This document shows, piece by piece, positions 9,250 to 16,822 of a DNA stretch of 18,402 nt. Location: positions 1-18,402 of the forward strand of contig JBIJBE010000059.1 in the NCBI GenBank assembly GCA_044345405.1, written 5' to 3'. The stretch's first letter is position 1, and every line of letters starts with the position of its first letter. The translations under genes and the position numbers were made by a program. The DNA is from Bdellovibrionota bacterium (lineage in GTDB: Bacteria > Bdellovibrionota_C > UBA2361 > OMII01). The notes under the pieces were generated by a model that was not told the origin of the DNA, ran no database searches, and saw only the letters and a program-made list of their open reading frames with translations.

Positions 9250-9400
9250 AAGACATACAGTATACCCGCTGTCGGAGAGTGGGGGTACGTGCCCTAGTAC
9301 CTTTTCTTCAAGCGAGCTCAAGATTATCCATCGTTTTAGGGGGATAGCCCTCTCTCAAGGGGTTGTGAGCGGCCTCATATGCAAGTAAAGTCCCGTCTGC

Positions 9401-10738
9401 ATGAAGAAGTACGTCTGGGCCGCTCGCGCTACCATCGTAGTCGCCGGTGCCGCTCTCCTCACAAAAGGGGTTCTACCCCATGAGATCCTTTTCGGCCGGG
9501 CCGGAACGGGAGAGCTATCTAGAGAGCTTCTGCACGACGAAGAGAGCCCCATTCACCAACTTGCGGACTCCCTTCATGAACAACCAGCGGAGATAGCTCC
9601 CCCACCCCCTCAACAACCGATCGTTCGTTCCTTCCAACACGCTGTAAGGAAAGGCGCCACCTTCAATTCGTTGTGGAGGGAGATCGGTGGAGATGTTGAT
9701 GATGTTACCGCGGTGCTCGACGCGTTGAAGGATTCCGGCGTGAACGCTGGGTCGCTTCGAGTTGGAGAGGAGCTTGCGGTTACGCAGCTCAACGGCGAAG
9801 TCATAGAGGTTCGAAAGAAGCAGGGTGAGAACGCAACCGTTATCCTGACTCGCGACGACCACGGTAACTACGCGGTAAAGGTTGATAAACTTAAAGTTAT
9901 CAGCAAAGAGCGTCGAGTTACCGGCACTATCGTTTCCTCTCTCGGTGATTCCGCGACCGGTTTAGAGATCCCCTTCTCTCTTGTGGATGATTTCGTTGAC
10001 CTCTTCTCTAATCGCGTTGAGTTCACCAAGGACATTCAACCGGGCGATTCCTTCACCGTGATTTACGAAGACCGTGTCTCTGAGGATGGTGAGCGACTTG
10101 CTCCCGGTGTGATTAAGGCCGCTTCGATTCAGTTAAGTGGAAAGATGCTCGCGGTTGTGCGAGATGTCTCAAAGGATGGCACCGTTCGTTACTTCGATGA
10201 GAAGGGATCGATGCCGACGAAGGCGTTCCTTCGGTATCCGCTCAAGTACAGCCGTATCTCCTCGATGTTCGCGTTCTCCCGCTTCCACCCAGTTTTAAAG
10301 ATATCTCGCCCACATAACGGCGTCGATTTCGCCGCCCCACTTGGAACTCCTGTTCGAACGGTGGGTGATGGAGTGGTGGTACAGGCTGGCTACGGTTCGA
10401 GCACAGGAAATGTTGTTCGCATCAAGCACAACGATCGCTACACAACTGAGTACATGCACCTCAATTCAATAGGAAAGAACGTTCGCAAGGGCGCTCGTAT
10501 TGGTCGTGGTGATGTGATCGGAACGGTTGGGCGTACCGGACTTGCAAGCGGTGTTCATCTCCACTTCGGCCTCTTCGATAAGGGCAAATACGTAGACCCC
10601 ATGAAGGCGAAGATCATGGATATGCCATCTGAGATCCGCCCACCAGCCGCGGTCATGGCTATGATCGAGGACCTCAAAAAAGCTCACGCGGCTGTGAACG
10701 TAGCCTCGCTTAGAACTAACGCTAAGAAGAAAGCATAA
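9401..10738 (+). CDS. M23 family peptidoglycan DD-metalloendopeptidase (MepM/YebA-like)
   Basis: N-terminal hydrophobic anchor; DIQPGDSFTVIYE middle domain; RFHPVLKISRPHNGVDFAAP (HxxxD); YMHL; GVHLHF (HxH). Confidence 0.92.
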   Translation: MKKYVWAARATIVVAGAALLTKGVLPHEILFGRAGTGELSRELLHDEESPIHQLADSLHEQPAEIAPPPPQQPIVRSFQHAVRKGATFNSLWREIGGDVDDVTAVLDALKDSGVNAGSLRVGEELAVTQLNGEVIEVRKKQGENATVILTRDDHGNYAVKVDKLKVISKERRVTGTIVSSLGDSATGLEIPFSLVDDFVDLFSNRVEFTKDIQPGDSFTVIYEDRVSEDGERLAPGVIKAASIQLSGKMLAVVRDVSKDGTVRYFDEKGSMPTKAFLRYPLKYSRISSMFAFSRFHPVLKISRPHNGVDFAAPLGTPVRTVGDGVVVQAGYGSSTGNVVRIKHNDRYTTEYMHLNSIGKNVRKGARIGRGDVIGTVGRTGLASGVHLHFGLFDKGKYVDPMKAKIMDMPSEIRPPAAVMAMIEDLKKAHAAVNVASLRTNAKKKA

Positions 10739-12000
10739 TGCGTTCTGTCTCAATCCTGGCAACTGGCTCTGAACTTCTTGATGGCCGGGTCGTTGATACC
10801 AATTCAAATTTCGTCGCTAAGGAGCTTTCAGAGCGAGGTTTAAAACTTAAACGTGTCCTTGTCGTCGATGACGATATGGGTGAGCTCGTTCAGGGATTGC
10901 GAGATCTTTCAACGGTAAGCGATTTCATTATCACCTCAGGAGGGCTTGGCCCAACAAGCGATGATCTTACCCGTGATATGGTGGCCGCTTTCTTTGGTGT
11001 TGGGCTTTCGGAGCACCCTGACGCGGTCGCGCACCTTGAGGGGTTTTTCGCCAAGCGCGGGCGGGTTTTGGATTCGCAGAATAGAAGGCAAACCCTTCTG
11101 CCGATCGGCGCGACCATGGTTCCGAACGCGAACGGCACCGCACCCGGATTCGCCATGACGAAAGATGGCGGCCCTACGGTAGTGTCGCTCTCAGGGGTTC
11201 CCCGTGAGTTCAAGCCGATGTTCCTCGATACGGTGTTGCCGATGATCGAAGCGAGTCGTGGTGGGGTCGAGCCGATTCAACGCGCGACGATGAAGACCTT
11301 TGGATTACCTGAGTCGACGGTTGGGCGATTGATCGAGGGACTCAAGCTTCCCAAAGAGATCGTGGTGTCCTATCGAGCAGCGTTTCCTGAGGTGCACGTT
11401 GTTCTTAAAGCTCCCAAGAGCTTTGACCTGAGCCCACATGTGGTGTTGGTACAAGACGCGCTTCAACGAGATACGATCTTCACCGAAGATCCGGCTGAGA
11501 GCTTCATAACCTCACTTCAAAAATTACTTATCTCGAAAGGGCTCACCGTAGCGACCGCCGAGTCGTGCACGGGAGGGATGGTTTCAGAGATCTTAACGCG
11601 CACCCCCGGCTCATCGGCTGTCTTTCACGGTGGCGTTGTGGCCTATAGTAACGACATTAAGGAACGGATCGTCGGCGTATCGACCGAAACGCTCGAAAAA
11701 ACCGGCGCGGTAAGCGCTGAAACGGTGCGTGAGTTGGCGAAGAACGTTCGAGAGCGGTTTAAAACCTCGATCGGTGTTTCGATTAGTGGTGTCGCTGGGC
11801 CGGCCGGCGGCTCGAAAGCTAAGCCGGTTGGAACTTTCTTTGTGGGGCTCTCCTCAGAGGCTCGCTCCTTTGAGATGAAGTGTCTCTACGTGAGCGAACG
11901 TCAGAACGTTCGTAGCTACGCGTCGTATGTCGCGCTTGATCTCATTCGGCGAGCGGTGCTTGGATTGCCGGTGCCGGAGGGGTATCCGATTTTTCGGTAG
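10738..12000 (+). CDS. cinA: Competence/damage-inducible protein CinA (MoCF-like N-domain fused to PncC NMN deamidase)
   Basis: ATGSELLDGRVVDTNS, GGLGPTSDDLT, NGTAPG, GVPRE, TAESCTGG, SGVAGPAGG; TAATG overlap with the M23 gene. Confidence 0.94.
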   Translation: MRSVSILATGSELLDGRVVDTNSNFVAKELSERGLKLKRVLVVDDDMGELVQGLRDLSTVSDFIITSGGLGPTSDDLTRDMVAAFFGVGLSEHPDAVAHLEGFFAKRGRVLDSQNRRQTLLPIGATMVPNANGTAPGFAMTKDGGPTVVSLSGVPREFKPMFLDTVLPMIEASRGGVEPIQRATMKTFGLPESTVGRLIEGLKLPKEIVVSYRAAFPEVHVVLKAPKSFDLSPHVVLVQDALQRDTIFTEDPAESFITSLQKLLISKGLTVATAESCTGGMVSEILTRTPGSSAVFHGGVVAYSNDIKERIVGVSTETLEKTGAVSAETVRELAKNVRERFKTSIGVSISGVAGPAGGSKAKPVGTFFVGLSSEARSFEMKCLYVSERQNVRSYASYVALDLIRRAVLGLPVPEGYPIFR

Positions 12001-12002
12001 TT

Positions 12003-12046
12003 CGACTTTACCCTCTGAGGGAGATTCAGAGGCTTGAATGAAGTCG
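12003..12046 (+). terminator. Hairpin immediately after cinA (possible terminator or 3' stabiliser)
   Basis: CCTCTGA (12012-12018) pairs with TCAGAGG (12026-12032); an outer CGACTT/AAGTCG pairing is possible. No clear U-tract follows. Confidence 0.35.
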
Positions 12047-12145
12047 TTGACGTTGACGTTGACGTAAGACGTGGACGTTAGACGTGCTACGTGAACCGTC
12101 GACGGCTAACGGGTTACGTTTTACCGTCATCGTAAATCGTCATCG
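12045..12145. repeat. Degenerate 6-8 bp tandem array, about 15 CG-initiated units
   Basis: CGTTGA x3, CGTAAGA, CGTGGA, CGTTAGA, CGTGCTA, CGTGAAC, CGTCGA, CGGCTAA, CGGGTTA, CGTTTTAC, CGTCAT, CGTAAAT, CGTCAT. Confidence 0.8.
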
Positions 12146-12311
12146 CCCGGTAATCTGGCCGTACTCGCCAGTGAGGGCCCTCTCTCCGTTCTTTTTGTAA
12201 AATATTTATCTGATCGCGCTAGGGGACCGAGTCGATTGCGAACGGAGAGGAGCATAGCTACCATGCCTCGGATAACGCAGGGATAGGATTGGCCCTTCTT
12301 TCCTGCCGTAA

Positions 12312-13325
12312 ATGGAGAACTCCATGTTTGGACGCGCGCCCTTTGTGAAGCGAGCACTTCTCTCGTCATGTATCTTTGTATTCCTCTGCTCACCCGTGGC
12401 AGCTCAGCAAAGAGTCGGCGTTCTCGCAAGTTTCACAGGAGATTGGGCCGCCTACGGTCAGGCGTATCGACGGGGTATTGAGCTTGCCGATGTTGGTTCA
12501 AAGGCTTCGTTCATCTACGAAGATGATGGGTTTCTTCCCGCTCGGAGCGTCTCCGCGTTTCGCAAATTAGTTGAGGTGGACAAGATCTCAGGCGTTCTCG
12601 TGGGTGATACGGTCACCGCGCAGGCTATCGCACCGATAGCGTTGAAACATAAAATTCCGCTCCTTGCGTGGGCGTCAGGCACGAAGTTCCCGAACAATCC
12701 CTACGCCCTTCGACTGTGGACCTCGAACGCGAAGGATTTCTCCTTCATGGCGGGCGAGATAAAGCGGCGGGGATATAAGAAACTCGCGCTCTTTACCTCA
12801 ACGCATACCTACACCACTGAATGGGCTCGGGCTCTGACGGAGCAATTCCCGCAAAGCGTGTGGGAGGATTTCTCGACCAATCCAGATAGTTTTCAAGCCT
12901 CAATCCTGAAAGCGAAGGCGGGTGGCTTTGACGCGATAGGCGTGTGTCTTGCGGCGGGATTGAATGGACGCTTCGCGCGACAGCTTCGTTCTCTTCGTGT
13001 TGATATCCCTCTCATTGGGTGCAATTTCATTGAGGCGTCGGCGGATATTGAGGCCGCGGCTGGAGCGTTCGATGGTGTTTGGTTTACACCACCTCGACTC
13101 TCTCCAGAATTTGTAAGGAGCTATACCGCTCGTCACGGAAGGTCTGATCATGTTGTGTCGGCCGCGGTATTCCACGACGCCGCTCTCTTGGTAACCGGTA
13201 CCATAGACAAGCCGTTCGCTATCGCCGGGCTTCGTGAGGTGAACGTCGATGGTGACCGTCACCTGGACTTCGACTACCAGGTTCTGCGATTCCGAGGTTC
13301 TCAGATAGTGACCGATCCCGGTTGA
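12312..13325 (+). CDS. Type-1 periplasmic (LivJ/LivK-like) ABC substrate-binding protein; start uncertain (12312, 12324 or GTG 12345)
   Basis: Signal-peptide-like KRALLSSCIFVFLCSPVAA; RVGVLASFTGDWAAYGQAYRRGIELA; IYEDD; SAFRKLVEVDKI; AIAPIALKHKIP. Confidence 0.85.
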   Translation: MENSMFGRAPFVKRALLSSCIFVFLCSPVAAQQRVGVLASFTGDWAAYGQAYRRGIELADVGSKASFIYEDDGFLPARSVSAFRKLVEVDKISGVLVGDTVTAQAIAPIALKHKIPLLAWASGTKFPNNPYALRLWTSNAKDFSFMAGEIKRRGYKKLALFTSTHTYTTEWARALTEQFPQSVWEDFSTNPDSFQASILKAKAGGFDAIGVCLAAGLNGRFARQLRSLRVDIPLIGCNFIEASADIEAAAGAFDGVWFTPPRLSPEFVRSYTARHGRSDHVVSAAVFHDAALLVTGTIDKPFAIAGLREVNVDGDRHLDFDYQVLRFRGSQIVTDPG

Positions 13326-13379
13326 GCTGGGTAGCTCGCGCGCAAAGGACCTAAATCATTAAAGTACTACGATTTTCCT

Positions 13380-13409
13380 GGGTGGGCCCACCCTTGGATG
13401 TGGTATCCT
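13380..13409 (+). promoter_or_regulatory. Candidate extended -10 promoter (TGGTATCCT) with a perfect 14-bp palindrome over the -35 zone
   Basis: GGGTGGGCCCACCC at 13380-13393; TG-G-TATCCT at 13401-13409, upstream of phoH. Confidence 0.35.
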
Positions 13410-13570
13410 TGTGGTGGCCCGTTCCTCTATAAGAGTGGGTTGGTCTTTTACCCCTAACGGGGTATGTCAAAGAGAAGAAGGGAGCGTCTCCTGTGTACCA
13501 ACACCTGAGCACACGAACTTCGGAAGACCGGCAGTGATGTGTAGTGGTGTCGTAACAAAGAAAATACCAG

Positions 13571-14563
13571 ATGACGGGATACGGGCGACGAGCAGGAGAT
13601 CCGAAGGGCGCGCTTAAAGAGATGGATGTTCACTTCCCAGACGCGAGCGTTCTTCAAGCACTAGTTGGCGACAAAGACGAAAATCTTAAAACGATCGAAC
13701 GGGAGCTTGGTTTAAAGATCGGACGCTCTCCCGAAGGGCTCGTTCTCGTTGGGCAAGATACCGACGTAGAGTTGGGCCACTCGCTTCTTACCCAGCTTCG
13801 CGGATTGATCGAGCAGGGCGAGGTTGTTTTCAAAGGTGACGTTGAGCGAGCGATCAAGATGCTCTCGGGCAATCAACGCCTGCAACTCTCAGAGCTCTTC
13901 CGTGATCAGATTCGCACCTCCGGTAAGCGCACGAAGATCGTGCCGAAGACCTTTAAGCAGAAGACCTACATCGAGGAGATTAAGGACCACAGCGTTGTGT
14001 TCGGTGTGGGACCTGCCGGAACCGGTAAGACCTACCTCGCGATGGCGATGGCGGTATCCGCTCTTGTTAATAAAGAGGTAAAACGGATCGTTCTGTGTCG
14101 TCCAGCCGTTGAGGCCGGAGAAAAGCTAGGATTCCTTCCGGGAGATATGGCGGAGAAGGTGAATCCGTATCTTCGCCCCCTCTACGACGCGCTCTACGAC
14201 ATGGTTGATGTCGACCGGGCGAAGGAGATGGTGGAAAAAGGGGTCGTTGAGGTCGCTCCGCTCGCGTTCATGCGTGGACGCACCCTGTCGAACGCCTTTG
14301 TGATCTTGGACGAGGCGCAAAATACCACCCCTGTTCAAATGAAGATGTTCCTTACACGACTCGGCTTTGGGTCTACCTGCGTTGTTACCGGCGATCCAAC
14401 CCAGATCGACCTTCCTCGCGGCATGGATTCGGGGCTTACGCACGCGCTTAAGATTTTGAACAACACAGACGGAGTGTCGATAGTACACTTCACCGACGAG
14501 GATGTCGTACGGCACCCTCTCGTGTCCCGCATCATTCAGGCGTATGACCGCGACGAAGATTAG
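13571..14563 (+). CDS. phoH: PhoH family ATPase (YbeZ/PhoH-like); alternative start at 13622
   Basis: GVGPAGTGKT (Walker A), RPAVEAGEKLGFLPGD, PLAFMRGRT, ILDEAQN, GDPTQIDLP, DVVRHPLV. Confidence 0.96.
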   Translation: MTGYGRRAGDPKGALKEMDVHFPDASVLQALVGDKDENLKTIERELGLKIGRSPEGLVLVGQDTDVELGHSLLTQLRGLIEQGEVVFKGDVERAIKMLSGNQRLQLSELFRDQIRTSGKRTKIVPKTFKQKTYIEEIKDHSVVFGVGPAGTGKTYLAMAMAVSALVNKEVKRIVLCRPAVEAGEKLGFLPGDMAEKVNPYLRPLYDALYDMVDVDRAKEMVEKGVVEVAPLAFMRGRTLSNAFVILDEAQNTTPVQMKMFLTRLGFGSTCVVTGDPTQIDLPRGMDSGLTHALKILNNTDGVSIVHFTDEDVVRHPLVSRIIQAYDRDED

Positions 14564-16124
14564 TGGCTTTTTAAGCGAGGAACGTAGACGGTTTCTCGTG
14601 GTTGGCTGCTGCCAAGCAGCGGTCGTTGTTGCCGCGGAGCTCTGCCTTGGCGCTCAAGGTGCTGACCTTCCGGTCACGGTGAGGATCGTTCGTGGTCTCG
14701 CCCTTATATTGACGATCTTCGGTGTTCATATCGCCGCGCTTCACGCGCTCGCATCGTATCGACAGCGAGAGGTGAAGGGGGACGTTCTCATCTACTCGCT
14801 TCTCTTGAGCTCCGTGTTGTTGGTGAGCGTTGGAAATATCCTCGCCTTTGCTCTCATCAGCTACGCGAACATGCACGATATGTGGCGGGGCGTCACGATG
14901 GAGTCGTTCGCGCTCTGTATGCCGTTCGCCCTCCCCGTGCTTATCGCTCGGTCAATTCTCGGTCTTCAGCTAGGTTTAATGGTCGCGATCATGGAGACGA
15001 TCGTGATGGGGACCTACGCGCCTGCCCCCGGAATCACCGCTGGGTTGATTCTTACCACCTCGATCGTTGCGTGTGTGGAGTTCGTGCGGGTACGGTCGCG
15101 TTCGGCGTATCTGCGAGCGGCGTTTAAAATTAGCGTCGCCTCCCTCCCCTTTGCTGTTATCTCTCTTTTAATTGTTCCCCCTTCAGGAACCCTGGATGCC
15201 TCGATTCGAATCTTCGGGTGTTTGGTGAGTGGCGGCTTGAGCGGAATCATCGCCGTTGGGTTAACCCCTGTCGTTGAGTACCTGAGTGGATATGCCTCCG
15301 ATATGCGGCTGATTGAGATGGCGACACTCGATCATCCCCTCTTGAAGGAGCTTAGTGTTCAGGCCCCCGGAACGTGGAATCACTCGATGGTTATCGGGAT
15401 GATGGTTGAGTCCGCCGCGGACGCCATCGGAGCGAATCCCGTTGTGTGCCGTGTCGGGGCGTATTTTCACGATGTTGGTAAAACCGCGAAGCCCCTCTAC
15501 TTTGTTGAGAATCAGACGCCTGGGGATAATCGACACGATAAGTTGAGTCCCTCGATGTCGGCGCTCATTATTCGCTCGCACGTAAAGGAGGGCGTAGAGT
15601 TTTCGCGAAAGCATCGGCTGCCACAGGTTATTGAGGACCTCATCGCGCAACATCACGGCACCTCAATGATCGAGTACTTTTACGAAAAAGCTCGTAAAGA
15701 AGCCGAAGAGGCTGGGAGTGATCCAGAGTCAGTGGATAGAGCCTCCTTCTCGTATCCCGGTCCTAAGCCCCAAACTCGCGAGGCAGGATTGCTCATGCTC
15801 GCGGATGGCATAGAAGCCGCTACGCGTACCTTGAGCGAGCCATCCTTCGACCGTATTCAGGGGCTCGTCCAAAAGATGATTAATAAGGTGTTCGCGAGCG
15901 GGGAGCTCAATGAGTGCGATCTCACCCTGCGCGACCTGCACGTTATCGCCAAGTGCTTTACTCGGGTCCTGAGTGGCATCTATCATCAGCGCATCGCCTA
16001 CACTGAGCCCGCGGAGAAAACCGGCGGATCTCATCATGACCGCGGCGGCGAGGATGGCTCGGTTCATGACGGCGAGCGCAGAGAGAAGAAGCGCGACAAT
16101 CTTAAGAGACTAGGGGTCGAGTAG
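14544..16124 (+). CDS. 7TM-HD phosphohydrolase (PgpH/YqfF-like cyclic-di-AMP phosphodiesterase family) without the extracellular domain
   Basis: Multiple TM helices followed by HPLLKELSVQAPGTWNHS, YFHDVGK, YFVENQ, IRSHVKEG, QHHGT, YPGPKPQTREA and MLADGIEAA. Located between phoH and ybeY. ATG 14544 preferred over the track's 14502. Confidence 0.88.
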   Translation: MTATKISGFLSEERRRFLVVGCCQAAVVVAAELCLGAQGADLPVTVRIVRGLALILTIFGVHIAALHALASYRQREVKGDVLIYSLLLSSVLLVSVGNILAFALISYANMHDMWRGVTMESFALCMPFALPVLIARSILGLQLGLMVAIMETIVMGTYAPAPGITAGLILTTSIVACVEFVRVRSRSAYLRAAFKISVASLPFAVISLLIVPPSGTLDASIRIFGCLVSGGLSGIIAVGLTPVVEYLSGYASDMRLIEMATLDHPLLKELSVQAPGTWNHSMVIGMMVESAADAIGANPVVCRVGAYFHDVGKTAKPLYFVENQTPGDNRHDKLSPSMSALIIRSHVKEGVEFSRKHRLPQVIEDLIAQHHGTSMIEYFYEKARKEAEEAGSDPESVDRASFSYPGPKPQTREAGLLMLADGIEAATRTLSEPSFDRIQGLVQKMINKVFASGELNECDLTLRDLHVIAKCFTRVLSGIYHQRIAYTEPAEKTGGSHHDRGGEDGSVHDGERREKKRDNLKRLGVE

Positions 16125-16651
16125 TGCCAGCAATACAACGTAAGAAACGCGCCTCCGAAACACGGACGTGGAAGATTCATCTCTCGGTCGAGAGTCGAAA
16201 GCTGGGGGTACCTTCGGCGTGGATAAAGAAGCTTCTCAAAGAGGTGCTTCGCCATATGGAGTCCGATATCGCCATCCCGGAGGTGTGTGAGATTCATTTG
16301 GCGTTGACCGACGACGCCCGAATTCGGGTGCTTAACCGGGAGTATCGAAAGAAGGATAAGGCGACCGATGTACTCTCCTTCCCTCAGTTCCATCCTAAGG
16401 AGATCTCGGGTCGGTCTAAGAAGAAGGTAGAAGCCCCTGGCCCGTACCTTGGGGACCTCGTTATCTCGACGGAGACCACTCTCAAGCAAGCTAAGGAATT
16501 TGGTGTCACCAAGCGGGAAGAGTTGATTAGGTTAGTGGTGCACGGCGTCCTTCATCTGTGCGGATATGACCATGAAAAGGTTCCCGCCGCCGAAGCGCAG
16601 CGGATGCGTCGAAGGGAACGGTATATCCGGAGTAAGCTCGTTGTACGGTAG
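16124..16651 (+). CDS. ybeY: rRNA maturation endoribonuclease YbeY
   Basis: LNREYRKKDKATDVLSFP, LGDLVIS, HGVLHLCGYDH zinc motif; TAGTG overlap with the upstream gene. Confidence 0.96.
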   Translation: MPAIQRKKRASETRTWKIHLSVESRKLGVPSAWIKKLLKEVLRHMESDIAIPEVCEIHLALTDDARIRVLNREYRKKDKATDVLSFPQFHPKEISGRSKKKVEAPGPYLGDLVISTETTLKQAKEFGVTKREELIRLVVHGVLHLCGYDHEKVPAAEAQRMRRRERYIRSKLVVR

Positions 16652-16677
16652 GCTCTTAGCCAGTGGCGTAATGTTGA

Positions 16678-16721
16678 CTTCGCGTCCTTTGCGCCCTTTG
16701 CGGTTTAAATCCCTTTGCGCA
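16678..16721. repeat. 9-bp tandem repeat CTTYGCGNN (three adjacent copies plus one)
   Basis: CTTCGCGTC-CTTTGCGCC-CTTTGCGGT-ttaaatcc-CTTTGCGCA between ybeY and prfB. Confidence 0.75.
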
Positions 16722-16785
16722 GAGTTATGGTGTCCTGTGATGGGGCCCTGGCCTATGCCAAACCCACCCCGCCCCCGCTTACTGA

Positions 16786-16814
16786 TTGACGAATCCAGTA
16801 TGTCAACGTATACG
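16786..16814 (+). promoter_or_regulatory. Candidate sigma70-type promoter for prfB
   Basis: TTGACG (16786-16791), 17-nt spacer, TATACG (16809-16814); the -10 lacks the conserved final T. Confidence 0.35.
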
Positions 16815-16822
16815 GCTTACCT

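Noticed and set aside
9250-9321. 24-aa N-terminal extension of RuvX from TTG 9321
   Set aside because: The family motif begins right at MTIIGVD (9249), and the extension lies in the divergent promoter region.
9324-9332. DnaA-box-like TTATCCATC
   Set aside because: Single copy with two mismatches to TTATCCACA and no origin context.
12045-12145. CRISPR array or coding repeat interpretation of the CG-periodic tract
   Set aside because: Units are 6-8 bp with no spacers, no cas genes are nearby, and the variable unit length does not preserve a reading frame.
12127-12429. 100-aa minus-strand ORF across the leader of the binding protein
   Set aside because: Overlaps the binding-protein start in antisense and has no recognisable motif or RBS.
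13411-13657. 68-aa (+) and 67-aa (-) ORFs upstream of phoH
   Set aside because: Both overlap the phoH start and show no protein-like features.
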